Assembly: GCF_900964775.1 (NCBI RefSeq)
Contig: NC_041806.1
Span: 16,454,297-16,518,296 of the forward strand
Direction of reading: 5' to 3'
DNA from: Scleropages formosus
Taxonomy: Eukaryota
Length of the DNA stretch: 64,000 bases
Under the pieces are notes generated by a model. It had not been told where the DNA came from. It saw only the letters and a list, made by a program, of their open reading frames with translations, and did no database searches. Numbering within the stretch: the stretch's first letter is position 1; each line of letters starts with the position of its first letter. Below, one piece after another: positions 1-13,588 of the stretch. The position numbers and the translations under genes are program-made.

Positions 1-329
1 CGTCTTTCCCCTCAATGTTTTAGAAAACTTTTTGTAAAATAATTGCGACGTGCTGCAGCTCCGCCGCTGCCGCCGCCGTCACTTCAAGCGCCACCAGTGA
101 ATTCGACCGCACATGCAAAAAAAGTTCGCAAGTATCTTCTGGGATGAAGGTCCATCAAGTTCAAGTTGGTCCGCGATTTCAAAGCGTACCGATACGTTCT
201 TGTCCTTCACTGTCGAGCTTTCTATCATTTCTTAACCTCCTCTACCCCCCGCCTCTCTTCTGCCTCCTTTTTTGCTTCACAAAAAAAAAAAGAAAAAGTT
301 TTTCCCAAATTTGTTTCGTCTTTTGCCCT

Positions 330-520
330 TAATTGCCTTTGGGCGGGTTTTCCACGACCGTTACTCCACCCTAATTGGCCGCCGTCGGTGTCAATCTCTC
401 CGCGGACGTTCCTCCCCGCCCCCTTCCCACGAGCCGTGTGCGCTGCCCTACTCCTGATTGGTCTTCGAGAAAGGCTCAGTCCCTCAGTTTTATCTGATTT
501 CACTTACAGTAATTATGACT
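330..520. promoter_or_regulatory. CpG-rich segment with two ATTGG/CCAAT boxes (candidate promoter, gene unknown)
   Basis: ccaccctaattggccgccgtcgg and ctcctgattggtcttcg. High CpG density versus the flanks. A GC-rich stretch at 50-110 (ccgccgctgccgccgccg) looks like a 5'UTR. Confidence 0.3.
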
Positions 521-2689
521 GCTCGCTTTTCCAGTCGACAACAATTTAGGCTACACATGATAATTAGAAATCACCACCAAACATTGGTGGCCTTTATTTG
601 AAAACTGGATCCCAGTGATTGCCACTGCTTATTATCTCCTTCAGGAAGGTGGCCCCTCCCACAGGGCCTCTGGAGAGCAGCCTTTAGGCCCTTTCTCCAG
701 GTCCTGTCCAACATCAGTCTCATGGACTAACACTGGTAGAACGTTACCTCCTTAATACTTTTCCTTCAAGTTATCGTGTCTTCAGAAGTTAACAAGCTGC
801 ACCCCCCCACCCAAAAAAAAAGCCTTTCAGCTTCCTGTGGACGCTGGTAATCTTACTGCGCTGCTCTTTTGCTTAAACCCCTCCCTGTTGGATCCCCCTC
901 CCCTGTCCCTCCCCCTGTGGTTCCCTGCCCTCCATCATTGCTCCTGAAAATATCTGGTTCTTATTATCTCCTATAGTCTACACTGTGCCTGAGACGGTAG
1001 ACAAAAATGTGGATAAACACACTCCCACCCCCTGGCCCATCTCCTCCTCCTCCGTCTCTCACTCACTTTCTGCCCACTCTCTCACCAGTGTGTCCCCTTG
1101 CTGGTGCCACACTAACACCCTCAGCGGTTCCTGCAGAGCGGTTCTCATTCATCTACGCACGCTCTTTCTGAACCCAACACACTCTGTCTTACACATCGTT
1201 ACTGTCGCTCTCGTGCTGTACTTTTCCTTACTGCTACCATCTTTGTCCAGGAGTTTGGGGTGAGATATAGAGCTCGATCCCATAGAGGTTCCCACACACC
1301 AACACACCGGCAATGTGACATAAGATTTGCGACACCTCGCGGTGTATTTGGGGAGACGCACAGAAGCCGTGTGGACATCTTTTGGACCGAGGCCAGCTGG
1401 CTAGGAAAGCCCTCGAGGGCCTTACCCAGGCAGTGCGGAGGCAGGGTAGGCGGATGTAGCCAACAGAGTGTCGGTTTTCACATTGCAGAGACCAGTAAAT
1501 GTACTCACGTGCCGAACTTTGTGGCGATTAAGGCTGAGCCTCACTCGCTTTCGCCTGCAAAAATCTTTTTTCAGTCGTACATCCTGGCAATTGGCTGCAA
1601 AAGTTTGCAAGTTCAAGTGGAACATGTGCTGCATTGAAATGAACAGTGGGGGGTCTACAACTGAAACTTGATGTACTGTGATTAACCCTACTGCAATGAT
1701 AGAGGTTCGAAAAGTGCAAACAACCTCTGACTGTTAATTTATTTCAACCCTGACTTGATATTGTAGTTTACATTTAGATTACATTTATTCGTTTAGCAGA
1801 TGCTTTTCTCCAAAGTGACATACAACTCATTAAAAATACTATGTGTACATTACATTAGGAGAAAGAGAGACATAGTTGCAGATGTGTGATTCTTAAGTAC
1901 AGTTGGTTTGTTTCTCTCCACTATATGCATCAGTCTTCATCACACGAGTAGGTGCATAAAACTCAGAATAGATAAATCCTGATCACCTTCCTACAATTTT
2001 TTTTCAAGATACACAAACATTTTCATACAATACAGGAGTAGCGGCTATGTAAAGGATTGATTTGGGCATGATCATAAAGTTATTTACACCATACATGAGC
2101 TGGAGAGATCATAGGCGAAGTGAGTCTGGAAGAAGTGAGTTTTCAGACCCTTTTTAAATGTGGGCAGAGTTTCAGCAGTTCTGAGTGAGAGTTGGAGGTT
2201 GTTCCACCACAACGGAGCCAGAACCAAGAACCTCTGCGCTTTACCTTTCGTGTGCAGGACCACCAAGTGGGCAGAAGTAGAAGAGTGAAGCAGTCTGGTT
2301 GGGGTGTAGCAGTTGATAAAGTCTTATAAATAGCTAGGGGTAGTTCTATTGATGCATTTGTAGGCAATAACTAGGGTGTGAAATTTGATCCGAACAGTTA
2401 TAGGAAATCAGTAAAGAGAAAAGAGTAGAGGAGATGCATGGGAAGGCTTTGGCAAATCAAACACAATTCAGGCAGCAGCAGCCTGTATCAGCTGAAGAGA
2501 TCCGATGGCAATAGCAGGAAGGCCACAGTTTTTCCTTTACACCTCACAGCTTCTGTGCAGATTAAGAAACTGCTCTTTAATTCAGAGTGACCAGTTCACC
2601 TCAAACACACATCTTTGGATTCTGGGAGGAAACCAGAGCACCTTGCAAAAGTTCACATGAACTTGGTGAGATGGGACAGAACTGAATAT

Positions 2690-2890
2690 GGCAATTACAC
2701 ACACAGTCTGAAACTGGTCGTCCCAAGTAGGGTTGCGGCAAACCGGAGCCTAACCTAGCAACACAGGGCGCAAGGCTGGAGGGGACACAACCAGGATGGA
2801 TGCCAGTCCATCACAATGCACCCCAAGCAGGGCTCGAACCCCAGACCCACAGGAGAGTAGGCTATGGCCAAGTCTCTTGTGCCACCACAC
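2690..2890 (-). repeat. SINE family A copy (minus orientation)
   Basis: ggttgcggcaaaccggagcctaacctagcaacacagggcgcaaggctggagg...gggctcgaaccccagacccacaggagag. Confidence 0.7.
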
Positions 2891-3574
2891 CCCCCTCTAT
2901 GGCAATTAGTGTGTTTTAAAACTACAAAACGATTATAAATTAGAAACCAGCAATCAGACATTAATTGTGATACTGGAGCACATTTAAAGACATTCAATGA
3001 AGAGTAAAAGAAAGCAAGGATGGCACAGTGGGGGTGGGTGGGTGCTGGTGAATCACAGCTCCTCTTTCAGTCTGTGTGGAGTTTGCATATTTCCATGGAT
3101 CTCCTCCAGGTGCTCTGGTTTCCTGCCACAATCCAAAGATGTGTGTTTCATGTGACTGGTGACTCTAAATTGCCCATGGTGTGTGCAAGATTGCCCTGTG
3201 CTGTAGTGGTTCCCCTGCCGGGGAATACCCTGCATCCCTAACCTGTGTTTCCAGAATAGGGTCCAGATCACCACAAGCCTACAGTGGACAAGAGAGAAAG
3301 AAGATGATAATAAAAAGAGTTAGTCTGGTGAATGATGCATTGATGTTGTCAAAGCTATGCTGGCAGAAAGGTGATATTACCCAACATCTGCATCTACAAC
3401 AGTCTGTGTGAGTTTGTAACATTCGCCACTTGTGAAAACAATCCCTGGAAAAAAGAGGCAGTTGAAATGCACTTAAAAATACAAGTGAATAAAAACAAAT
3501 TTACAATGTTTGTAACTTTTCCTCTGTCCAAACTGCATTTGTTACAGATGTTTGTCTATCCATCATCAACAACT

Positions 3575-3760
3575 AATTGTCCTTCGTGGGGTTGCAGCAA
3601 ACGGGAGCCTTACCCAGCAATACACGGCACAAGGCCGAAGAGACACATCCAGGACAGGACACCACCCCGTCACAGGGCACCCCAAATCAGGCTCGAACCC
3701 TAGACCGGCCACACAGCAGGCACCGGCTGAACCCAGCACACCACTATGCCCTCACAGGTG
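3575..3760 (-). repeat. SINE family A copy (minus orientation)
   Basis: gcagcaaacgggagccttacccagcaatacacggcacaaggccgaag...caggctcgaaccctagaccggccacac. Confidence 0.7.
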
Positions 3761-5562
3761 TTTATTTCCTCCTAATTGTTGCATTTAATCACAGACATTT
3801 CTTGTGTTAATCCTGCATTAACATGCTGCTTTTTGTGGGTGTAAACTGTCATATTTACTGTATCTCACCTCACAAGGGCTGGGAGTCAATTCCAGAAAGA
3901 GCCAATTATGTGATTCCAAGCAGCAAGGAATTGAGAGTCGACTCAAAGCTTTGGAGTCAATCCCTCAAAGTAAAAGTGATTCCACGTCAATGTGTGTCCG
4001 ACTACAGTTGTGTCCATCCTGCTCTCAAAGACACAGAACGTGAGAAGAGAGAATTCAAAGAACAACTTTAATTCAGATTCATGTCGCCCTCTACACAACA
4101 CCTATAAGCAATTTGGTGGCATTGTGTGCACTTTGGATTCAGATGAGGTGACGAAGGAGGCATGGACAGCGTTCATTATAAACGTTTATTGGAACATCCC
4201 CCACAGCAAGAGGTATAGGCAGGAACACAAAGAAATAATCTCTGTCTGAGATCCCTTTTACCTCAAGGATCTGCACCTGAAGCTGACCTGCACCCCTTAG
4301 GCTTTTCTTCATTTCCCACTGCCCGACACAGTAACCACTTATATTACTATGAGTCCCCAGAGCGGTTGAACACAATTCCATTTTACCCACAATCCAACTA
4401 TTTACAATAAATCCATTTTCCCACTCAAACTCCCAATAACGCAGGTCATTACAGCAAGCTACTTTTCCTTAGACAATTCAAAAAACGCAAAGGAAATTGT
4501 AGCATTTGTATCAAAATGCTGACATATAAAAGAACATTACCAATGATGAAACACGCAAAGGCTACTCATCCCAAGGAGCTGACAGGAAAAGTCCGGCACA
4601 GCTTTAGCTCCTGTTATCCAGTAAATTTAACCAGCTCTCCAGTTTACATCACTATATAAAATTGTAGTTTACCATTAATGCTTAAATTATCTTAAAACAG
4701 ATTTATGCAACTCTGTGATCTATACATAATTTGGAGCTTAACTAAAATGTTGATGTCAGTTTAATTCAGGCACGAATTGAACAGAGGGGATGTTTTGTCA
4801 AATCATTGCTTGGCTGAACATGAGGATGGAGATTCAGTCCGTCCTGGCAACATCCATCCTGTACAAGTGACTGTTTCCCAAAGTTGGTGGGCTATTAAAA
4901 AAGTCATACTTGTCTGAAGAGCTACAATGTCAAACCTATAATGTTCTTACATTACAATTTGTTGTTCTATTTAAAGCAACTGCAGAACATTGTTAAGAAC
5001 AGGCAATAACTTTGACATCTACACTGTCCATTAGCTTCCATGGTAGATGTTTAAGAGTCAGTGGGTTTGCTGCTCAAGGGCCTGTTCTTTTGGACAGTGT
5101 GCTGCATCTTCAGTACATAGAAATAAGTTGAAAAATTCTGCAGTATCCCTTTAAATATTCTTTAAACTATACATGTCTATGGTGAGGTATTTAGCACATA
5201 TACACAAAAATGTGAAGGGTTCACATTGCCAGCAGTACAATACATTTCTCCCAACTGCTCTCAGAACAATTAACACAGCCATCTAAACACACTCATCTTG
5301 GCCAAACAGTTCAATTTTACTGCCCAATGAAGCACTACATTTTATTCTAGTAATGCATTTATCACACATCAAAAATACAGGTGTTCTCTGTTGATTGTAT
5401 AACAGTCAACTGTAGACACACAAATACATGTTTATCATGAAGTTCTTTAATGAGGAGTTTTGTTGTATAACAATGAGTTTCCTGAAAAAACTACCTACTG
5501 CAATCACTGAACTTCATTGATCATGCCTATCATTTACATCTGGCCAGAGAACTTCCTCTACA

Positions 5563-6450
5563 TCATAGCATATATTCTCGCAAGCCATGCATCGTGGGGA
5601 AAAAATGCCATGAATGTTGAATCCATGCAGGACAAGCTTCTGCCTCAACATCTCCACAGACCTCTTCCATTGCTTGAAGACTTATGTGGTTGTAAGGGTT
5701 GCTATCATACACTTCTCTTGGCAATGGAAAGAACTCAATTGGATTCAGGAAAGAAGAATATGGTGGAAGGAACACCATCCTGAAATGTGGGTGATGCTCA
5801 AACAACTCTTGCACCAGCAAATGGTGGAACTGGATATTGGCCAAAGGTACAAAATTCTGCTCAATTTGCTTCTGGTCAACCTGCAGAAAGAGGATTTCAA
5901 GAGGGAAGTTCTCACTCTTGTTTAGACTGAAACCAGCTTCATCAATATACAGGTACTCAAAATAAGTAGCCCTGCTATCCAACTCCAAAATCCTCTAGAT
6001 TTGGAAAGAACACAAAGTACAATAAGTATTGATTGCAAAGTTGATAATGCAACTGTTGCAGAACAGTTTGACTTCCCACTTTGACGCAGCACTATGCCTA
6101 GAGACACCTGAATTTTTCCACTTTGAGTGGAATAGTAGATAGAGACATAACATCCAGGAAAATATCTTTGTATTTACAGTAAAAGTGCAGTAATTGTGTG
6201 GCTTACGTGTACTTGAACAAACTGGAATCGCAACTCCTTCACTCTGATAGAGTTCCTCTCAAAGGGCACTTTGTATACCTGCTTCATCTGGATGTTTCTC
6301 CTTACAACACAATGAATTGTGGCAAGACTGCACTGGTGAATATTATGGAATAGTTGATTGTTCTGTATTCATTGCTGAAATTCTTTCAGGTGGCTGGTGT
6401 TGTTCTGGACCACCATGTCAACAATGGCATGCTCTCGTTTAACTGAAAGG
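5563..6450 (-). mobile_element. DDE-superfamily (Tc1/IS630-like, DDE_3) DNA transposase remnant
   Basis: Minus ORF ...YIDEAGFSLN...VFLPPYSSFLNPIEFF... carries the transposase DDE catalytic-core signature (LPPYSPDLNPIE-type). Further fragments lie upstream at 6190-6440. The element is interrupted. Confidence 0.6.
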
Positions 6451-8689
6451 AGTCCTGTTTGTCCACCCGAATGTTATAAAATTTCCATTCTGAAAAATGT
6501 TTGGACAAGAAGGAACATTTACAGTAAATAACTAAACTATACAAGCACAATGGTATAGTTACTTACCAGTTTTCACTCTGAAACATGCAGCTAATTGAAG
6601 CCACTGGGGACCTGTTTATGTTGGGGCTGAACTCTCTGCCCACCTTGTCTCAAGGAGAAACCATGACTTATTACATGGCCAATTAGAGCAGCTCTCATTT
6701 CATTTCAAACCCATCTGTACCCTATCCTTCTGCCTCTCCTCCCTCCTCTTCCACCTTGCTGCCCCCTTCCTCTCTGTTCAGGTCTTGGTACATTTTCTTC
6801 TCTTGCTCTTTCCACTAGGCCATTGCCCTCTACTAGCCCCCCCTTCTCCTCTTCCTACACCCTCATCTCTTTCTACCTCTTCCACTCCCTCTCATTATTC
6901 ATTATACTGTATAATACCGCTCCTTTACCTTCTCCATCACCTCTCACTCTTACTGCTGTTCTTTGTCCTTTTTTCTTTTCTCCTTTTACAGTTGTTGTAA
7001 TTGTGATAGCTGTGTAAACAATTAGGAACTTTGCATTTCCTGTGTTGTGTGTATTAATAAATCAGCAGATATCAATTTGGGGCTCATTGAGAACATACCA
7101 TGTGTAACTCAGAATTTAACAAAGGACAGTTTTGTTTGTTGTGTTTGGAAAATGGTACATAAATGTTTGTGATTTGTGTTAAACCAATAAAAAAAATCTG
7201 CAGTTGATTTTTTTTTCCCTGATATTAAAGTTTTGGTTGGCTATATATGAACTGTTGTACAAACATAAAGAATTTTGTGCACGGGGTTTTGGGAAAATTA
7301 TGCATGTAATTAGTATAAGATTTACAATAACTTACAATCTATTTAGGACAATTACAAAGTGTTCAGATGGCTATGTTAATTGTTTTGAGAGCGTTGACCT
7401 GGGCTGAGGCTGGATGTGTCAAATCGATCGAGAACTGTATTTGATTTATTTAAGGTGTCAAGATCCCTTGTCATTCACAATGTACTGAATTGTTGTACAA
7501 CACCGCTTTTGCCCTCATTTTCAAGTTCTTGGAATCGAACAGCCCTACACCTCACCGCGACTTTTTCGCATCAATTTCTCATACTTTCACCGTGAGTCTG
7601 AGAGTGTTTGGATGTTGGGTGGTTTGTGACGCAATCCAGGTGTCTCTGGCTGTGACGTCAACTTCCTGTGCCCGTCAGCACGAGGCATCCTGTCTTTGCG
7701 GCGATTTACCGCCACCGTGTGGCAACAGCTCGCATCACACTCAGTCTCCGTTTCTCCGTTTCCAGATTAAAAGACCGTGAACCGCAGAGGATAAATCCCG
7801 ACTTCAGTCTGATTCACACCTTCAACAGAAACACCCAGCGGTATTACATTTACGGCTTTGAAGGAAAAAGAACTCAAGCTCTCGTTATTTCGTTTATTTA
7901 ATGTATTAAATCTATTATTCACTTTATTTCTTAAATGAAAATATTTAAACATATTTCTTTACAATAAAAGTATTCATCTAACTGTCTGTAATAAAGTGGA
8001 ACACAAAATAAGACTTAAATACTGACATTGTGGAAGGAATAAAGCTCTGAGTGTGCTTTGGTGATTTCCTAATGTATATGCATTTAAAATACATTTATTT
8101 ATGTTACAGGCCAGTCTCCCTCCTCCTCTTTTCTGTCAAAAACTATGGAACTGTAGCGTCCGGACGGGAGTCCGACACGGACGCGCGTTGCTATTACGTC
8201 CAAACACAGACGAAATATAAAATGACTTCACGTGCAGTGTGATGTTAAAAGTGTACTGTGCGTATTGTAAGACACTCGGTGGAAGTGAAACAGGAAACAC
8301 GAGACCAGGAAACACACACGGTGTTTGAACTACGGTGAACAGTGAAACGCTAATCTGTGTGTATGACCGCAACCCCGAGACGTGACAAAATACCGGACAG
8401 GAACGATGGACCAGGACTGAAGAACAAGAGGCAGGAACTGACGGGACGGGCACTCGGGACTGGAACATGCACACCTAGGAAACAGATTGTGGGAACAAGA
8501 GACTACGAATCGCCAAGAGAGCACAATAGAACCACTGATTAAGAATCCACAAGTAGTTCTGCTCCGCTGGCTCCCTTTATACCTCCATGTCCTACGAGAC
8601 TGTGAGGTGATAGGTAAGCGTTAACTAGCGGCACTGAGTGGCGCCGCCTCTGACCAGGAGGGGCAGTGACCCCGTGGGACGTGACAGGA

Positions 8690-9960
8690 ACAGACAACCT
8701 GTGATCAACTATCTGAATTTCTCACCCAGAATCATCTCCTCAACGGATAAAAGTCTGGATTTAAAGCTGGACATTCCACCGAGACGGCACTCCTGGTGGT
8801 GTCCTATGCTCTCTAGTCGGCTAGAGCAGTCTCCTTCTCCTTGGTCCTCGTCCTCCTCAACCTGTTTGTAGCATTTGACACTGTCAACCACCCGATTCTA
8901 CTCTCCTCTGTTGATCAGCTTGGCATCAAAGGAACAGCACTAAAATGGTTTGAGTCCTACCAGTCAGAGAGATCCTATGAAGTGGTCTGGCTCAGCTCCC
9001 GTTCTTCTCCTTTGCCTCTCTCAACTGGTATCCCGCAGGGCTCGGTACTGGGCCCTCTACTCTTCTCAACCTACACCTCTTCCTTCGGCCCTGTCATCGC
9101 CTCCCATGAATTCAACTGCCACTGCTACGCCAATGATACCCAGCTCTTCCTCTCATCACCACCTGGAGCATTAAACATTTCTGCGCGCACCACTGCCTGC
9201 CGGTTGGACATCTCTGCATGGATGTCTGATCACCGCTTACAAATCAACCTCTCCAAAACAGAGATCCTTCACCTCCCAGCTGTCCTGTCTTCCTGTTAAG
9301 AACTCTGGACAAGCTGGACAACTCACTCATTTTACCTACCTCCTTGGCTAAGAGTGTAGAAGTGATGATTGGTTTTTCTCAGCACATTGAAGCCACAACC
9401 CGGACCTGCAGATACATCCTGCATAACATCTGCAGGATCTATCCTTACCTCACAACAGACTCTGAGCAACCACTTGTCCAGGCCATGGTGATATCCCGCC
9501 TGGACTAGTGCAACTCTCTCCTGTCTGGCCTTCCTGCTACTGCCATCAAACCTCTACAGCTGATATGGAATGCTGCTGCCCAAGTTGTTTTTGACTTGCT
9601 GGAGTGTTCCCATGTATCTCCTGTACTTGTTTCTCTGCACTGGCTTCCCATAGCTGCCCAGACCAAATTGAAGACTCTGGTTATAGCCTACAAAAGCATC
9701 AGTGGAACTGCTCCCAGCTATCTACAAGACTTGATCATCCACCACACCCCAGCCAGACCCCTCTTCCCACATGGTGGTCCCACACTGTCATGGATGAGGG
9801 CGGGAGGCCGAGGAGTTGCTGTGGACCCAATTGCGGGTTTGTTTATTATGGGAACAAACAAGGGACAAGCAAGGATTGCAGTCAGGGATAGGCGTGGGTC
9901 GTTCAAGGTGCAGACATTGTTCTTGGGACGAGATGGGAATCCAAGTTGATCAGGCAAAGC
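8690..9960 (+). mobile_element. LINE (non-LTR) ORF2 fragment: reverse transcriptase plus conserved C-terminal tail
   Basis: ORFs carry RT motifs: ...GFRPGHSTETALLVV (about 8760-8810), VLVLLNLFVAFDTVNH, GIPQGSVLGPLLF, YANDTQLFLS. The downstream ORF has LHWLPIAAQTKLKTLVIAYKSISGTAPSYLQDLI, typical of fish L2/CR1-like tails. It is broken by frameshifts. Confidence 0.75.
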
Positions 9961-10497
9961 AGGAGATCTGTAACTGGGAAGGCACCAAAAAGGGAACGAG
10001 GGACAAAGGACAAAGAGGGACTGGAGGGACTGGAAGGACAGGGAGGTAAGTGGGGATCTTTCACTATCGCAGGAGAAGTGGGTTGACTGAATGAGGTTCC
10101 ATAACCAGGTGAGTCAACATGGCATCTTTTATACCCTGCTGCTCTGATTCAGGGCAGGTGTGGTCATTTGGCTTGAGAGCATGGGCATGACACACCCACA
10201 AAAGTTCCAAAACCAAAAGCACAAAGGTTTTCAGTTCTGGCTCTAATGTGGTGGAATGATGTCCCCCTCTCACTCAGAACTGCTGAATCCCTGTCCACAT
10301 TTAAAAAGGGTCTTAAAAACTCACCTCTTCCAGATTCACTTAAGTTCATGCTCAAGGTTACAGAGATCATAATTGTTGAACAACGGATAAACCTTCATGC
10401 AACTACTCCTGTTATATAAATGTTTATAAATCTTAAAAAAAGAAAAAATTACTATAAAGGTGATCAGAAATCGTCAATATTTGGATAAAGTTTTATA

Positions 10498-10718
10498 CAG
10501 GTAGTGGCGCGGTGGCGCGGATCACAGTCCTGCTCTCCGGTGGGTCTGGGGTTCGAGTCCCGCTTGGGGTGCCTTGCGACAGACTGGCGTCCCATCCTGG
10601 GTGTGTCCCCTCCCCCTCCGGCCTTACGCCCTGTGTTACTGGGTAGGCTCCGGTTCCCCGTGACCCTGTATGGGACAAGCGGTTCTGAAAATGTGTGTGT
10701 GTGTGTGTGTGTATACAG
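10498..10718 (+). repeat. tRNA-derived SINE (family A) with (GT)n tail
   Basis: tRNA-like head ggtagtggcgcggtggcgcgg...ggttcgagtcccgcttggggtgcc, body ...ccttacgccctgtgttactgggtaggctccggttccccgtgaccctgtatgggacaagcggttc, then (GT)n. The same unit recurs at least 6 more times in the window, in both orientations. Confidence 0.8.
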
Positions 10719-10888
10719 GTAGTCATGTGATGTACATTGGTTCATATGTTGGAAAGTAACTAACTGCACTTTAGAATCATGTGTCTGCATCTAAGTCTCT
10801 CTTCATGCTAATGTAATGCACACATTGTATTTTCTATGAGATGTGCAGTACGTTGCTTTGGAGAAAAACATCTGCTAAATGCATGCAT

Positions 10889-10891
<3 letters not shown>

Positions 10892-10928
<37 letters not shown>

Positions 10929-11035
10929 TGGCTGAAGCCGCTTGTCCCGAGCAGAGTTGCAGCGAGCCGGAGCCTAACCCAGTAACACAGGGCATAAGGC
11001 TGGAGAGGGAGGGGACACACCCAGGACGGGATCTG
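10892..11035 (-). repeat. (CA)n microsatellite plus partial SINE family A copy
   Basis: (CA)17 then gccgcttgtcccgagcagagttgcagcgagccggagcctaacccagtaacacagggcataaggctggag. Confidence 0.7.
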
Positions 11036-12034
11036 CTAAATAAATTAATGTAAATGTAACAAGTTGTTCAGTAGCATGAAAATGATTTTAGTGACAAAGA
11101 CAGTGGTTTACACTAGTTCTCTTTAGCTTATAAACACTGACAGTAAATTGTGAGCAGAAAAAAAATCACATTTTTCCCTTATTAACTCCAATTTAAAAAT
11201 CAAATAAAATATTTGATTTAATAAAAAATAAAAGAAAATAAAATAAAAAAGTAACTTTTCATTTAGTTACGGATAGAGAGGAGGAGGTGAAAGCTTGGTC
11301 TGAAAGGTGTAAGTAAGTGCTGTATACAGCAGTACAGATCAGTGCTCATGGTTGTGGTGTGAGTATATCTTTCCAGTGAAACAGGATGCTGTGTGAGCAA
11401 GTGTGAACATGTGAGATTTGTGAGTCGTCTGAATTTAAGAGAAACAAATCAACATGAGCGTTCTGTGCCCAGGGTGAGTGCGAGACGTCGGCCCTGCGGA
11501 AATGCAATCCACTGGAATCTTACACCTCAACTCAAGTGATGCTCATACTTTCCAGCTGCGCTCTTCTGACATGTACAAGCACAGAAGTGTAGGAGTATGA
11601 ATCACACCTGTCAGCTTGTATGAATATGTTCCTTCCTCATCTGCACACAGCAATGAGTCCAATACTGACATCATTGCTCCATCGGAATGCTGCGAGGCAT
11701 CTCCCTTTCCCGGGACATTGTTCACTGACTTTACTGTCCATATTCCTCTTCCTCCCTGTACCCTGAAAGTGACTGATGTTCCTGGGAGGGAGGGAACTGT
11801 TCTGCTGTGTGTTGTGTGCTTGTGTTTGATGGAAAATGCTGCATCTCCAAGATTTCTGGTCTCCTGGACATTGTGGGACTGGAACTGGCACATCAAAACC
11901 AAAAAAGCGTAATATGTGCAAAAAAGTGCTTGTGAGCAAAATACTGTAGTTACCCCCTCACTCACAGCAGCAATACAGTCAGTGGGTGACATATTGACAC
12001 TGTACAAACTAAAGTGAGATGTAGGAGAAATGTG

Positions 12035-12058
12035 CCCCCCCCCCCCCCCCCCCCCCCC
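12035..12058. repeat. Poly-C homopolymer (24 nt)
   Basis: Direct read: tgtg + C24 + acatgtgg. Confidence 0.95.
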
Positions 12059-12645
12059 ACATGTGGACTGGTGACACATGCAAAGAACTCAGAGGAGCAG
12101 GGAGCAAGTGCGAGTGTGTGAGAGAGCAAGAAGAGCAAGCGAGGGAGGGGATTGCAGGAATGACATGGCCCTTCCCGCTCCCCCAGCAAGCTGTAGCCCG
12201 CGTGCCGTAGAGAGAAAGGGAGGAGAAGGTAGCGTGTCGAACCACATGCCGGGCAGAGCTAAGCAGAGGAGGAGCAGCCAAGGAGCTTAGAACTTCTCTA
12301 AGTGTCACCTTTTCTGCCAAGCAGGACTCCCCTCCCCACCTGCCTCTCTCACCTGGGCAGCCCCCCTGAGGAGCTGCTTCCCGCTGAACTCCAGCAAGCA
12401 TCACTTCTGGGAACAGCTGGAACACTTTCCTCCATCTCCTGGGTGTCTCAGTCAAGCCACATCGGGACCATATCGGGACCACAAAGTTCCTGCTTTCCAG
12501 TGAACCTCGGTGAGCTACTTTTCTCTTCTCTTCCTTTTTCCCCGCTCTGGACTCCGTTTTCTGCTCAAGCCTCCTGTCTCTCTCCACCCTTTTCTTCCCA
12601 CACTATAAGGTCAAATTGCCCCTCGTTCTCCATGGAAATATTTGC

Positions 12646-12678
12646 TTAGGGTTAGGGTTAGGGTGAGGGTTAGGGTTT
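12646..12678 (+). repeat. Interstitial telomeric repeat (TTAGGG)n, slightly degenerate
   Basis: ttagggttagggttagggtgagggttagggtttg. Confidence 0.9.
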
Positions 12679-13224
12679 GTAAGACAGTCTCAAGGGTAAG
12701 AGTGACTGATTCTGTTGGCGTGTGATTTCTCATGGAGCCCAGTCCTCAGGGGATTCCTTTCAGCTATGAAAGTAAATAGATTACAGTAGTATTACTACCA
12801 GCTCTGGGTGCCAGGATTGCTGCATTATTCCCGAACTGCTTTCCTCCTCCCAAACCGCTCTCCGTTTCCTGCTTGCCTTCATGACTCGCTTTGCAGCCCC
12901 CCTGAAATGTTTTCGAACCCGAGGTGGTGACGCCCTGTCCCAGCGGCTGTCTGATACGGTGATTGACTGCGATGTTCTGATTGCCATAACTCTGGGATGC
13001 ACATGAAAACTTCCCAAAAACACTGCCTGCACAGCTGCCAGGCTGGAGCATAGGACACCGAGCATTTTTTGATCCCAAACCCCCCCCAGTGCAAATGTGT
13101 TGTCTCCTAAAACCTACTGCTTCCAACAGGCATGTTTCAGCACGCTGGATCTGAGCGGCTCAGAACTGGCACAATGGCCTGTGCACATACCTTGCTGGCT
13201 GTGTCAGGGAGTGGATTTGAACGG

Positions 13225-13390
13225 GGAACGGTGCACAGTGATGAGCTACTAACAGCGATTTACCCATTTACAGTGTGCACACTGGAGCGACTCAGGATAT
13301 GTACCTTGCTCAACGGAACTACAGCAGGAGGTGGTATTTGAACCTGGGTCCTTTGAGTGCAAGGAGCAGCTCTAACCACTACGCCCCCTG
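13225..13390 (-). repeat. SINE family C copy (minus orientation) between the two interstitial telomeric repeat blocks
   Basis: Reverse complement of the family C motifs: atttacccatttacag, ggtaccttgctcaa, ggtatttgaacctgggtcctttgagtgcaaggagcagctctaaccactacgccc. Confidence 0.65.
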
Positions 13391-13494
13391 AATATCCTGG
13401 TCAGCAGTTCCACACAAGGCTGCCACAAATGCTGCCTTGCAAAGTGACATGAGTTCTGTAGGCTAACATCAAGTACATTAGTGCATTACTGCTG

Positions 13495-13588
13495 CCCTAA
13501 CCCTAACTTCCAATCCTAACCATAACCATAACCCTAACCTTAACCCTTAACTCCTAATCCTAACCTTAACCAGTAATCCCTAACCCCT
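13495..13588 (-). repeat. Degenerate interstitial telomeric repeat in the opposite orientation (CCCTAA-like)
   Basis: ccctaaccctaacttccaatcctaaccataaccataaccctaaccttaacccttaactcctaatcctaaccttaaccagtaatccctaacccc. Confidence 0.8.

Noticed and set aside
1-180. Minus-strand C-terminal-like ORF (...VRSNSLVALEVTAAAAAELQHVAIILQKVF*) at the window edge
   Set aside because: It is only about 40 codons between stops, with no recognisable homology and no splice acceptor support. The GC-rich Ala-run more likely reflects a 5'UTR or CpG island than coding sequence.
10498-10575. tRNA genes (also 33725-33800, 35440-35510, 54637-54715)
   Set aside because: These cloverleaf-like heads are contiguous with SINE bodies and tails and recur in multiple diverged copies. 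I call them SINE promoters, not functional tRNA genes. No standalone tRNA with canonical anticodon-loop context was found.
10464-11053. ORFs of 70-110 aa overlapping SINE family A copies (also 48396-48745 and 54619-54868)
   Set aside because: These translate repeat sequence; the same peptide strings recur at each SINE copy. They are not genes.
11543-12587. Long minus-strand ORFs (178 aa and 192 aa) spanning the poly-C and GA-rich region
   Set aside because: The translation is dominated by low-complexity runs (poly-Gly from the C-tract, Glu/Arg/Lys from the GA repeats). There are no domain motifs. This looks like an artefact of biased composition.
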